DNA of 58,269 nt from a virus. Lineage: Duplodnaviria; Caudoviricetes. Location: positions 1-58,269 of the IMG/VR virus record IMGVR_UViG_3300017728_000008; one strand, 5' to 3'. This document shows, piece after piece, positions 1 to 8,139 of the stretch; position 1 is the stretch's first letter, and every line of letters starts with the position of its first letter. The translations under genes were made by a program, and so were the position numbers. The notes under the pieces were generated by a model. It made no database searches. It saw only the letters and a program-made list of their open reading frames with translations, and was not told where the DNA came from.

Positions 1-350
1 ATAAAACAATACCTATCATATCCTTCCCATTTATTTTTTTTCTTATATGCAAAAAATTGGTCCGGGTCTAAAAAAAACATATTGTCTTTAAAAAAGCTCT
101 TACCACTTTGTCTACGTCCTCTCATATCATTATAGAACTTAAATACATTGTGATGTACTAATAATATATCTCCTTTAGAGATAGGTCCTGAATAATTTAT
201 AGGGGTTTCTAAAACTTTAGCTTGTCTATTTGAAGCGGAAACTTCTTCTTCGGATGTATTAACTATTAAATCTATACCGCCTATCTTTTTAGTATTGTTA
301 TATCTTGAAAGATTTAATGGCTCTACAATGAATTGATAAAGTGATTTCAT
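1..350 (-). CDS. 5' part of a conserved phage protein, probably GroES-like fold (runs off the window start)
   Basis: Not in the ORF track. ATG at 350-348 overlaps the upstream stop (TAATG). Reads MKSLYQFIVEP...GDILLVHHNVF...YDRYCF and is open to position 1. Probable C-terminus at 58189-58269. Confidence 0.7.
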   Translation of the reverse strand, partial: MKSLYQFIVEPLNLSRYNNTKKIGGIDLIVNTSEEEVSASNRQAKVLETPINYSGPISKGDILLVHHNVFKFYNDMRGRRQSGKSFFKDNMFFLDPDQFFAYKKKNKWEGYDRYCF

Positions 351-577
351 TAAAAGTTTATATTAAATTCTACAGAAACAGGAATGGTTGAGGTAAACTC
401 TTTCCAACACACAACAAGACCCTCTTGGTCTTCTATCCATATTTTATATGAATCGCTTTCTTCGTAGTATTTAATAAGATGAATAGAGTAAGAACCATTA
501 AGAACGGATTGACCTACTATATAGTGCATGGCACCTGATTTATAATCAGGACCAATAGAAATTTTTCTTATGTCCAT
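350..577 (-). CDS. hypothetical phage protein
   Basis: 75-aa ORF with A-rich leader; coupled to the next gene by TAATG. Confidence 0.75.
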   Translation of the reverse strand: MDIRKISIGPDYKSGAMHYIVGQSVLNGSYSIHLIKYYEESDSYKIWIEDQEGLVVCWKEFTSTIPVSVEFNINF

Positions 578-595
578 TTAATTTTAAATTAAATT

Positions 596-2641
596 TTAAT
601 TCTGTAACCAAGAATCAGAGGTAGGGTCATAATATTCTCCTTCAGAATTTATGGCATATCCCCAACAGTAATAAGTTTCTCCCGGGTCTAATCCTGTTAA
701 TCCTAATTCTGTAATTGCTCCTACCGCAAATGGTGCGTTAGGAATTGCTATCTTTTCATTAGAAGGGTCGTTATATACATCTACTTTTCCATAATAGAAC
801 CCACACTCCGTAATAGTATTATTACCGTCACTCTGTGCAAAAAATCTTAATGTAACATCTCCCGCAACATTATTAGCTACACTAAAGGTGCTAAGTATTG
901 GTGTGGTATTAGCTAAAGTTCCTGCCTGAATAGTTTGTCCTACGTATTCTACCCCATCACTTGTAGTGTAAAAAGTTGCGTAATATAGTGAGTTCGGAGT
1001 GGAACCAACTGTCGCTGAAACATTCATGATTAATGTCCCTATAGGAGGGGTTGTGGTTACTTGTGTTTTTGTGTTGTTAAGGTAATTAGAGGATTGACCA
1101 TAATAAAAACCTGTTGCCCCCATAGTTCCTTCTCCTGAAGAATATATTTGACCTCTTAACCTTTGTTGTGTTTGCTCAACTTGGTCCGGTTCTAATGTCT
1201 TTAATGTAGGTGGAGATAATCTACAAATTTTTACTACTCCATTGGTATGATATAAACCTCCTGCAAGTACACCACCGCTAACAGCCGCAGCATCATCTAC
1301 AAAATTCATAGTCAATAATGGCGGAAGATAAAACTGTGCTCTCAGATTGCTTCCGATACCATTGTCTTCAGTAATCATAAAAGCATTGGTACGAGAATTT
1401 CCTACAATTTGCGTGGTTGCAATTGCTATTTTTACATCACCCCTGTTTACTCCTTTTTGAGGATATTCATTAGGTTCATTTCTATAACCAAAAGCCATAG
1501 ATTCGTTTTCACCTTCTAAATCTCCTCCAATCATAAATGAATTACGAACGCTGCCAAAATTAGTATCATCATCAACTCGCTTAGTTAGATTGTTTCCAAA
1601 ACCTAAACAATAATTATCTAAATCTAATTCAAGCATTTGGTTTCGTGAACCAATGCAATATGTACCTGCTGCTGATGAAGATGTTACTGTGCCTGACATT
1701 TCTTCAGACCGTATGATGTTTTGGTTTCCTAAAACAAAGGCTCCATCAAAATTCATTGTTCTTGTTACAAAAGGAACCTGAGTAACAGAAGATGAACCAA
1801 CACTATTACCTTCTCCAAATACAAAACCTTCATTTACATTCCCACCTACATAATTGCTTCTACCTCCTATAATTGAATATAGCGAATTAAGTAGTGTGGT
1901 ATTGTTTCTACCCATCATTAAGGTATGTTGAGTGTCTATGAAGCCATATCCTGCGAAAGCACCTGTAGCTATTCCTGTTGAATTACCTGATGTAGAAATT
2001 ATGTTGTTTGTTGCACGTCCAAATCCATCACCTGCTCCAATTCTAAATGTTTGGTTGTTGGTTGCTCCAATTGTAAAAATATTACTTTCAAGGTTTCCAC
2101 GGTCAACAGGAGTTCCATTAAATCCTCCTATGGTTTCCAACACATCGCTAAGAGCGGTTTCGTTCTCATCTATAATATATATGTTTCCCTTGGAAATCGT
2201 ATCATATTTAATACTAACACCTTCAATGTCTCCGTTCCCTGCTGCCCAAGTTGGAGCGGGGGTTCCACCATCTGCAATAAGTTTTGCATCTATAGTTGGT
2301 GACGAATCAAATAACGATGTGCCTTTAACTTGTAAAGCATTAATTACATTATTAGGGTCACTATAACCAATTTCTATAGGTTCACTCGAGACTAAGGTTA
2401 AAGGAGTAAGTCCCGGAACAATTTCCATTGCCGTATCCACAAAAGAACTGCCGTTCCAATAAGGAACAAACCCATTTGTCATTTGTGCTCCCGGTGAAGG
2501 GAATATAGGTGCGGGGACTAAATCAATAATATCACCTAATGTATAATTCTTTGTTATGTTAGAATCGTTTACGTCAGTCCCAATAACTTTATCTGCTAAA
2601 GTTGGAGTTGCGTCTATTGCATAGGTGGATATTTTTGCCAT
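596..2641 (-). CDS. tail fibre / receptor-binding protein
   Basis: MAKISTY...DKVIGTD anchor-like N-terminus; central G-x-x-N beta-roll-like repeats; two C-terminal GFYYG fibronectin-III-like modules. Confidence 0.7.
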   Translation of the reverse strand: MAKISTYAIDATPTLADKVIGTDVNDSNITKNYTLGDIIDLVPAPIFPSPGAQMTNGFVPYWNGSSFVDTAMEIVPGLTPLTLVSSEPIEIGYSDPNNVINALQVKGTSLFDSSPTIDAKLIADGGTPAPTWAAGNGDIEGVSIKYDTISKGNIYIIDENETALSDVLETIGGFNGTPVDRGNLESNIFTIGATNNQTFRIGAGDGFGRATNNIISTSGNSTGIATGAFAGYGFIDTQHTLMMGRNNTTLLNSLYSIIGGRSNYVGGNVNEGFVFGEGNSVGSSSVTQVPFVTRTMNFDGAFVLGNQNIIRSEEMSGTVTSSSAAGTYCIGSRNQMLELDLDNYCLGFGNNLTKRVDDDTNFGSVRNSFMIGGDLEGENESMAFGYRNEPNEYPQKGVNRGDVKIAIATTQIVGNSRTNAFMITEDNGIGSNLRAQFYLPPLLTMNFVDDAAAVSGGVLAGGLYHTNGVVKICRLSPPTLKTLEPDQVEQTQQRLRGQIYSSGEGTMGATGFYYGQSSNYLNNTKTQVTTTPPIGTLIMNVSATVGSTPNSLYYATFYTTSDGVEYVGQTIQAGTLANTTPILSTFSVANNVAGDVTLRFFAQSDGNNTITECGFYYGKVDVYNDPSNEKIAIPNAPFAVGAITELGLTGLDPGETYYCWGYAINSEGEYYDPTSDSWLQN

Positions 2642-2642
2642 T

Positions 2643-2876
2643 TTATTTCTTTTTTACTTCTCCTGTTTTAAGATTAATGACAGAATCTTTGCCATACTTC
2701 TCTATCAAGGAGGATTCCATTTGTGCGAACTGTTGGTGAAGCGAACTTACTTGACCAAACAAATCGAGTTTTTTTACTTCCATTTCGCCTAAAGCGAATT
2801 TTAATTTATTAATAGAATCAGAAAGTTTTTGTAATGTTTCTAATTCTTTTTCTTCAAGTGTTGCATTTTCTGCCAT
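2643..2876 (-). CDS. small coiled-coil protein (possible fibre chaperone)
   Basis: Heptad pattern ending KYGKDSVINLKTGE; directly upstream of the fibre gene. Confidence 0.55.
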   Translation of the reverse strand: MAENATLEEKELETLQKLSDSINKLKFALGEMEVKKLDLFGQVSSLHQQFAQMESSLIEKYGKDSVINLKTGEVKKK

Positions 2877-2896
2877 TATATTATATTTAATTTATA

Positions 2897-2904
2897 CAAA
2901 GATA
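2897..2904 (-). promoter_or_regulatory. Bacteroidota -7 promoter box (TATCTTTG)
   Basis: Matches TAnnTTTG, about 20 bp upstream of ATG 2876. Confidence 0.6.
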
Positions 2905-3306
2905 CTATTTTTTATTTTTAATTTTTTCCCAAGACCTTCCTCCAAAATAAGAAGCAATAACGGTTGCAAGAATTAACTGCAAAAGCGATATCCATTCTTC
3001 TTTAACTTCAAAATTAATTGACCCTGCTTCTATAAAAATCAAAAGCATTGTACAAACAATTAAAAAGATAAGTACCATGGGTCTTACGTTCTTCGAAAGC
3101 CAAGAATCTGAAGACATATCTTCCCTCCACCTTTCAGTAACATTTTTTTGCATATCAGCCTCAGCTTTTATAAAAGTTTCTGTTAACTCTTTTTCAAATC
3201 GAGCACGTTCTTCTTTGCTAAAAGTGTGAGTAGCTACTATATTGCTAATTTTTTCGGCTATTCCTCCACCTATCTTTCCAAATATTTTATTTAGTATTTC
3301 TTTCAT
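2905..3306 (-). CDS. holin-like membrane protein (GTA 3TM-holin-like)
   Basis: RWREDMSSDSWLSKNVRP motif, two hydrophobic helices, YFGGRSWEK; next to the endolysin. Confidence 0.7.
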   Translation of the reverse strand: MKEILNKIFGKIGGGIAEKISNIVATHTFSKEERARFEKELTETFIKAEADMQKNVTERWREDMSSDSWLSKNVRPMVLIFLIVCTMLLIFIEAGSINFEVKEEWISLLQLILATVIASYFGGRSWEKIKNKK

Positions 3307-3731
3307 AATGTAGAAAATTCACGTTGAACATCAAAACTTGGACAGGCTTTAGAAGAAAATTCATTATGTCCGTGTATTGTAGCTTTAGGAAATATTTTTT
3401 TAAGCAACCTAAGAAGTTCTAACATAGTTGCAATTTGAGCAGCAGTTCTTGTGTCTTTAGGAACCCATTCGCCTCGTTTGTTCTTTTCTTTTTCCACCCC
3501 TCCAATATAACAAATTCCTATAGAAGATTTATTCATACCCTTTACGTGAGCACCAACCTTGTCTATCATTCTGCCAAGTTCAATTTTGCCATTTATTAAA
3601 ATTACAAAATGATATCCTATACCTGCCCATCCTCTTGCTTTGTGCCAACGGTCAATTACCTTGGCATTAACAGAGTTATCTCCTTCACGAGTTGCTGAAC
3701 AATGTAATATAATTTTATCTATATCTCTCAT
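3303..3731 (-). CDS. endolysin, T7-lysozyme-type N-acetylmuramoyl-L-alanine amidase
   Basis: IILHCSAT, IGYHFVI, GAHVKG, SIGICYIGG, GHNEF...KACPSF motifs. Confidence 0.92.
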   Translation of the reverse strand: MRDIDKIILHCSATREGDNSVNAKVIDRWHKARGWAGIGYHFVILINGKIELGRMIDKVGAHVKGMNKSSIGICYIGGVEKEKNKRGEWVPKDTRTAAQIATMLELLRLLKKIFPKATIHGHNEFSSKACPSFDVQREFSTL

Positions 3732-3853
3732 CTCCCCTGACCCCGATATTTTGATTTGTAACCGCTTTGACCTTTACTTGCGTTTTTAGAATGTACTCCG
3801 GGTCGTTTTTTTTTATGCTGAAAAGTATAATTGGCAAGAATAATTTTAGCCAC
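3728..3853 (-). CDS. tiny basic protein (41 aa, GTG start)
   Basis: Translated by hand: MAKIILANYTFQHKKKRPGVHSKNASKGQSGYKSKYRGQGR; start and stop overlap both neighbours. Confidence 0.6.
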   Translation of the reverse strand: MAKIILANYTFQHKKKRPGVHSKNASKGQSGYKSKYRGQGR

Positions 3854-4011
3854 TATTCTTTATTTTTCTTGTAGTTGTCGTAAATTTTTTGCACCGTATA
3901 TATAAGCGTTGCAATTAATAATAATATTTTCAATGCCATTTCTATTTGGGAGAATGAAATTGCGAGAACGCTTGAGTTAATACCGTATATTTTTATATCT
4001 TCGAAGGACAT
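3853..4011 (-). CDS. small membrane protein (holin/antiholin-like, 52 aa)
   Basis: Translated by hand: MSFEDIKIYG...MALKILLLIATLIYTVQKIYDNYKKNKE; one TM helix and basic tail, in the lysis cluster. Confidence 0.55.
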   Translation of the reverse strand: MSFEDIKIYGINSSVLAISFSQIEMALKILLLIATLIYTVQKIYDNYKKNKE

Positions 4012-4080
4012 TCTATGGTTTCGTAAATTACTTCTATTTCATTAATATCTAATGTAGTATCTAAAGTCCAATATTCCATA

Positions 4081-4551
4081 TTACCAAAGAGCTACTATGT
4101 TTGTCGCAGTTGTTGTCGCAGTATCTAAAACCTTAGACACCATTATTGGAAGAACTGTTCCCGCTTGAACACCTGTCATAACTACCGCATCTCCTCCTGC
4201 AGTAATTATATCTAAATCTCCTGTTCCACCTACATATAATACAGGACCTATGTTTGGTTGAATGTTATAAACAATAAAGTCATCACCTATTACAAAGAAA
4301 ATATTATCATCTACGAATAATTTGTCATCTTCTATTCCAATAACATTCGCAACTTTATTTGTAGTGGTGTTGTATGCTACTGCTCCTGCAGTTACTTTAC
4401 CTAAAAATGTAGTTCCTGTGGGTGCAAGTAATACAGAAGCACCAATTGCTGCGGTTGTTCCACTTGCTACTTCACCTCCCGGCATGGGAATTACGCTATC
4501 ACTTGGGATAACCGTAATTGCTCTTAACTGTTGTAACTTTTGATATGCCAT
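4081..4551 (-). CDS. virion structural protein (head spike-base/decoration-like) with an inserted beta domain
   Basis: AITVIPSD...LYVGGTGDL...GTVLPIMVSKV...TTATNIVALW pattern typical of small capsid-decorating proteins. Confidence 0.55.
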   Translation of the reverse strand: MAYQKLQQLRAITVIPSDSVIPMPGGEVASGTTAAIGASVLLAPTGTTFLGKVTAGAVAYNTTTNKVANVIGIEDDKLFVDDNIFFVIGDDFIVYNIQPNIGPVLYVGGTGDLDIITAGGDAVVMTGVQAGTVLPIMVSKVLDTATTTATNIVALW

Positions 4552-4557
4552 AACTTT

Positions 4558-4722
4558 TTATCTGTAGGGTATAATTCTATTTAAAGTATCTTGTCTTTTT
4601 CCGCACCCACAATCTTTTCCTACTTTTTTTGAGACCGTGTCTACTACAGACTTGATTCCTGTTATTCTTGTAACCTTAGCAACTGTATCGCCAAAGCCTC
4701 GTGATTTTTGATTTAACTTCAT
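4558..4722 (-). CDS. small basic protein with CGC motif (54 aa)
   Basis: Translated by hand: MKLNQKSRGFGDTVAKVT...KDCGCGKRQDTLNRIIPYR. Confidence 0.65.
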   Translation of the reverse strand: MKLNQKSRGFGDTVAKVTRITGIKSVVDTVSKKVGKDCGCGKRQDTLNRIIPYR

Positions 4723-4859
4723 TACTTACACATACATTCCGCAACCGGACATTCTTTCACATTTATTATAAGTTTAGATATAATCCAATTCCATTTACAA
4801 CATAGTTTGCACCACATGTTTTGAATCCATAATCCTAATTTCACCAATGCTTTACCCAT
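4722..4859 (-). CDS. small Cys/Trp-rich protein (45 aa)
   Basis: Translated by hand: MGKALVKLGLWIQNMWCKLCCKWNW...ECPVAECMCK; TAATG coupling. Confidence 0.55.
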   Translation of the reverse strand: MGKALVKLGLWIQNMWCKLCCKWNWIISKLIINVKECPVAECMCK

Positions 4860-4860
4860 A

Positions 4861-5070
4861 CTACTTCTTGATAAGTGAACCTAAATGACTATGTACGCTT
4901 TTCGGATAATGCTTATCCTCTTTCATTGAATGATTGCCACTATATGCGTGACCTGTCATTGCCTTAGCCATACCTTTAGATTCATCTCTACGAGATTTCA
5001 TTGATTGAGTTTTCTTTCCGTTCTTTGAACCTAAAGACTCATCTAATCTACTATTGTAACCTTGTCCCAT
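4861..5070 (-). CDS. small basic protein
   Basis: 69-aa ORF, QGYNSRLDESLG; tightly packed. Confidence 0.65.
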   Translation of the reverse strand: MGQGYNSRLDESLGSKNGKKTQSMKSRRDESKGMAKAMTGHAYSGNHSMKEDKHYPKSVHSHLGSLIKK

Positions 5071-5079
5071 AATTTTAAT

Positions 5080-5268
5080 TTATTTGCTGCAGCCAAAGTT
5101 TTTAGCAAAATTTGCTTGTTTGACTATAGCGGGTTTATACTTCTTTGTATTCTTCATTACTGCACTTGCTGCAGCACATACCGTTTTACCCGGCATATTT
5201 TTTTTTGCCCACGCAGTAAACTTACCTTGATTGGACTTTTTAATTTCTATGTCTTGTTTTTTTGCCAT
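5080..5268 (-). CDS. small basic protein
   Basis: 62 aa, NQGKFTAWAK...KQANFAKN; promoter box upstream. Confidence 0.7.
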   Translation of the reverse strand: MAKKQDIEIKKSNQGKFTAWAKKNMPGKTVCAAASAVMKNTKKYKPAIVKQANFAKNFGCSK

Positions 5269-5283
5269 AACAAATTATTTATA

Positions 5284-5291
5284 CAAAGATA
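5284..5291 (-). promoter_or_regulatory. Bacteroidota -7 promoter box (TATCTTTG)
   Basis: TAnnTTTG in the intergenic gap. Confidence 0.55.
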
Positions 5292-5305
5292 CTAATAATT
5301 TTGAA

Positions 5306-5596
5306 TTAATATTTTCCCTGTTTGCTTTTGGGACTTGACTTGGTTGAGCCACCTTTTCCTGCCCACAAATTCTTACATGCCCAATACCTTGCGGTTAATT
5401 TTGATTTGGCAGTATTACATTTGTGACGAGCCTTAAAACTTTTTCTTGCTGCGGCTGAATAGTTGTGTCCGTAACCTTTAGCTCCAAAATGAATTAGCTT
5501 TTCTTTTCCTCCTTCACAGGCTTTGACCATTTTCTTTTTCCCTGCTCTGTCACTTCGCATAACGACATTACATTTCATTTTAGATTTATCTGCCAT
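5306..5596 (-). CDS. small basic phage protein
   Basis: IHFGAKGY...ARKSFKARHKC...ARYWA motif set seen in small phage proteins. Confidence 0.7.
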   Translation of the reverse strand: MADKSKMKCNVVMRSDRAGKKKMVKACEGGKEKLIHFGAKGYGHNYSAAARKSFKARHKCNTAKSKLTARYWACKNLWAGKGGSTKSSPKSKQGKY

Positions 5597-5703
5597 TACT
5601 TCTTCTATTTAAACTATTCATTAATGCAATTAATTCCTCATAAGTATCGACCCAATCGTTAGGGGTTCTGTTACGGTTGTATTGTGTTACATACCATTCG
5701 TCA

Positions 5704-5943
5704 CTATGCGTTTCTAACTCTTCCGGCATTGGTATTACTTACAAATTGTTTAGTGCGTCCATATTTTTTTTTCTTTTTAGCAGTAGCCGCCCTTTCACTT
5801 TTTGTCATTGAATTAGCTTTTGCTAAAGGCAAACATCTGTCAGGGTTTTTTTTATTCTTACTTGTACCACAAGCACCAAGAATAGAACCATCGGTTCCTA
5901 TACGCACCCATTTTTGGTCTCGCCATTTTTTAAGCTCACCCAT
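5704..5943 (-). CDS. small basic phage protein
   Basis: LKKWRDQKWV...CG...RCLP. Confidence 0.7.
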   Translation of the reverse strand: MGELKKWRDQKWVRIGTDGSILGACGTSKNKKNPDRCLPLAKANSMTKSERAATAKKKKKYGRTKQFVSNTNAGRVRNA

Positions 5944-6104
5944 TAGTAACCTCCTTCGGTCATTTTCTTGTTTGGATTGTTCTTCATAGAACCGCCCATA
6001 GTTTTTGCGAATGTGTGTGCCTGAGCCTTACCCATTGCATTGTATGGGAAAGTTTTTTTCATTTTCTTACCTGTATCAGGACAACTATAACTTACTGTTG
6101 GCAT
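5943..6104 (-). CDS. small basic protein (53 aa)
   Basis: Translated by hand: MPTVSYSCPDTGKKMKKTFPYNAMGKAQA...; TAATG coupling. Confidence 0.6.
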   Translation of the reverse strand: MPTVSYSCPDTGKKMKKTFPYNAMGKAQAHTFAKTMGGSMKNNPNKKMTEGGY

Positions 6105-6119
6105 AATTTAATTTTTTTA

Positions 6120-6326
6120 TTATTGTCTTTTTTCGAACGTAACTTTAACTTTTGTAATTTTATCTTTAACTTTCTTTGCTGCATCCTTAATTTTTTTCTT
6201 ACCGATATTTAATAATCTATTATTACGGTCATTACGACATTTTCTTAAAGCAACTAATTCTTCTGAGTTGTAGTCTTTAACTTTTTTGTCACCACCTATT
6301 TGTGTTTTACAATTTTTTTTTGACAT
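6120..6326 (-). CDS. small Lys-rich protein
   Basis: 68-aa ORF in a packed cluster. Confidence 0.55.
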   Translation of the reverse strand: MSKKNCKTQIGGDKKVKDYNSEELVALRKCRNDRNNRLLNIGKKKIKDAAKKVKDKITKVKVTFEKRQ

Positions 6327-6329
6327 AAC

Positions 6330-6446
6330 TTATTTCTTTTTCTTCATTGATTTTAACATCTTATCAATTTTTGCAGCTTGACCTTTATGCATAGCTGATG
6401 CTTTTCTAAGTTCTGCAGCTATCGCTTTTAATTTTTTTGCATCCAT
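6330..6446 (-). CDS. tiny basic protein (38 aa)
   Basis: Translated by hand: MDAKKLKAIAAELRKASAMHKGQAAKIDKMLKSMKKKK. Confidence 0.6.
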   Translation of the reverse strand: MDAKKLKAIAAELRKASAMHKGQAAKIDKMLKSMKKKK

Positions 6447-6480
6447 AATTATTTCTTTTTCTTTTTACTGCCCTTGTTTT

Positions 6481-6693
6481 CTACATTTGAGTTTCACCTG
6501 TAGAAGAACTGCCTGTATACAATCCGTCTTTTATTCCGATAGTTGGTATATCTGTATTACGTTTGCTTCTTTGTTTTGGCAAAATATATCTTTTATATTC
6601 GTCACTTCTTTTGTCTAATTTCTTTTTTGTTCCGTCAGCAGTTGTAACAACAACATAACCTTTTCCGTTTCTGTCTTTGCCAAGTTTACTCAT
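6481..6693 (-). CDS. small basic protein (start revised to MSKLGKD)
   Basis: ATG at 6693 follows the stop of 6695-6856. Confidence 0.55.
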   Translation of the reverse strand: MSKLGKDRNGKGYVVVTTADGTKKKLDKRSDEYKRYILPKQRSKRNTDIPTIGIKDGLYTGSSSTGETQM

Positions 6694-6694
6694 A

Positions 6695-6856
6695 CTATTT
6701 CTTTTTACTACTTTTAGCGTAATTAGGGTCTTTACAATATTTACTCGCAGCCATATTTGCATATGCTGATGGGTATCTATCAAAGGTTCTCTTTGCCCAC
6801 GCAATACCTGCGGGACATATCTTATTACCTTTTTTCTTTGCTCGACCCTTTGCCAT
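6695..6856 (-). CDS. small basic protein (53 aa)
   Basis: Translated by hand: MAKGRAKKKGNKICPAGIAWAKRTFDRYPSAYANMAASKYCKDPNYAKSSKKK. Confidence 0.7.
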   Translation of the reverse strand: MAKGRAKKKGNKICPAGIAWAKRTFDRYPSAYANMAASKYCKDPNYAKSSKKK

Positions 6857-6861
6857 TTATA

Positions 6862-7176
6862 TTACGGTGTGTCTTTTATAACCTGAGTTATAACGATATC
6901 TCCGTATTCAACAAATTGAGGTTGTTTAATGTTTCCTTGTTTCCATAGATACTCAGAAAGTATATCTACCAATTTAGAACCGTCACCTGCTTTATTTGTT
7001 TGAAATGTTACAAACTCTCCGGATGCTTCGCCATTATTAAAATGCACAGTCATGTTTTTGTTGTTAGCACTACCTGTACCAACTCCACCTTCGTGGACCA
7101 AAGTAATAAGGTCTGCGTTCATTGTTACTACAGGAACTGAATTTGCTGAAGTAAGAATTGTAAAAAATTTTGCCAT
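6862..7176 (-). CDS. hypothetical, possibly structural
   Basis: 104 aa, beta-rich; first gene after promoter box 7209-7216. Confidence 0.65.
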   Translation of the reverse strand: MAKFFTILTSANSVPVVTMNADLITLVHEGGVGTGSANNKNMTVHFNNGEASGEFVTFQTNKAGDGSKLVDILSEYLWKQGNIKQPQFVEYGDIVITQVIKDTP

Positions 7177-7198
7177 TATTTATTTTTTTATAAATTAT

Positions 7199-7216
7199 TA
7201 TATTTGTACAAAGTTA
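7199..7216. promoter_or_regulatory. overlapping oppositely oriented -7 boxes: TATATTTG (+, 7199-7206) and TAACTTTG (-, 7209-7216)
   Basis: Sequence TATATTTGTACAAAGTTA between divergent genes. Confidence 0.55.
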
Positions 7217-7237
7217 CTAAATTTAATTTACTATATT

Positions 7238-7672
7238 TTGAAAGCAGACTTCCTAAAATATTGGAGAGTAATCCGCCAATATGTAAAAGTAAAATACGGC
7301 ATAACTCAGTCCGAACTTGATGTACTACTTTTTTTAAATTCAGAAAGTTATTTCTCTAAAGATAAGTTTGAAGAGTTCGACCGAATATTGTCTTGGGACG
7401 AGAATAGGTTTGATAAATTATTAAGAGATGGTTGGGTTGAGGTGTTTAGAAAAAGAAAGGGAAAAACAAAAGGACTTTATAATTTGTCGTATAAATCTAA
7501 AAGATTAATCACATCGGTATACAAAAAATTAAATGGCGAAGAGATGCCTACGTCTCCTTCGCAAAATCCTATGTTCTTAAGAAATGTATCTTACACTGAC
7601 CGCAGATATAGAGAAGCTATAAAAAATATGAATGCATTTATTCGACAACAACGACATCACGCTCCTGAATAA
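7238..7672 (+). CDS. winged-helix (MarR-like) DNA-binding protein; TTG start inferred
   Basis: GITQSELDVLLFL...KLLRDGWVEVF...LYNLSYKSKRL pattern; the ORF-track start 7052 lies antisense to another gene. Confidence 0.6.
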   Translation: MKADFLKYWRVIRQYVKVKYGITQSELDVLLFLNSESYFSKDKFEEFDRILSWDENRFDKLLRDGWVEVFRKRKGKTKGLYNLSYKSKRLITSVYKKLNGEEMPTSPSQNPMFLRNVSYTDRRYREAIKNMNAFIRQQRHHAPE

Positions 7673-7895
7673 TAGTAACCGTTTCGTTATTTATAATTAG
7701 TGAATAAGAATTACGAGTGTCATAATAAATTGAATCGTCTTTCTTTAAATGACAAACATCTGTTCCCGGTAGAATAATTTTACCCTTTTGATATCTAAAA
7801 GATTGAGCGTCTGAATTTGAAAGTAATATTCCGCTTTCAGTAGTAATCTGTTCTTCTATCTTTTGTATAATAATATTCTTACCTATTGCTTTCAT
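7638..7895 (-). CDS. groES: co-chaperonin GroES
   Basis: MKAIGKNIII...TTESGILL (mobile loop)...GKIILPG...IIQERDVVVV. Confidence 0.85.
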   Translation of the reverse strand: MKAIGKNIIIQKIEEQITTESGILLSNSDAQSFRYQKGKIILPGTDVCHLKKDDSIYYDTRNSYSLIINNETVTIIQERDVVVVE

Positions 7896-8010
7896 AAGTA
7901 TCTTTTACTTTGGTTACTAAAAATCCTCTTTTAGTTAGGAATTTAATATACTTATCTTCTTTAGCTTTGTCTACTCTAAATGCTTCAAAAATTTGATTAT
8001 GTATTACCAT
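7879..8010 (-). CDS. tiny hypothetical protein (43 aa)
   Basis: Translated by hand: MVIHNQIFEAFRVDKAKEDKYIKFLTKRGFLVTK... Confidence 0.45.
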   Translation of the reverse strand: MVIHNQIFEAFRVDKAKEDKYIKFLTKRGFLVTKVKDTYESNR

Positions 8011-8016
8011 TATAGT

Positions 8017-8139
8017 TTATTTTTCGTTAGTTTTATTTTTTTCGATTTTGGTTTTTTTTAATTCACCGCTAATCTCATCTTCTTTAAAAATTTTTTTTAA
8101 ATGCTTTTTCATTCCGGGTGTGTATTCTCTACTTCTCAT
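8017..8139 (-). CDS. tiny hypothetical protein (40 aa)
   Basis: ATGA overlap with the groEL stop; MRSREYTPGMKKHLKKIF... Confidence 0.35.
   Translation of the reverse strand: MRSREYTPGMKKHLKKIFKEDEISGELKKTKIEKNKTNEK

Noticed and set aside
596-2641. Diversity-generating retroelement targeting the fibre
   Set aside because: No reverse transcriptase and no template/variable repeat pair seen
5587-5712. Short - strand frame HSDEWYVTQYNRNR... filling the 5596-5704 gap
   Set aside because: No ATG/GTG/TTG start nearby (only ACG); cannot be supported from sequence alone
6481-6804. 107-aa ORF as a single gene
   Set aside because: Its 5' part overlaps the better gene 6695-6856; the true start is likely 6693
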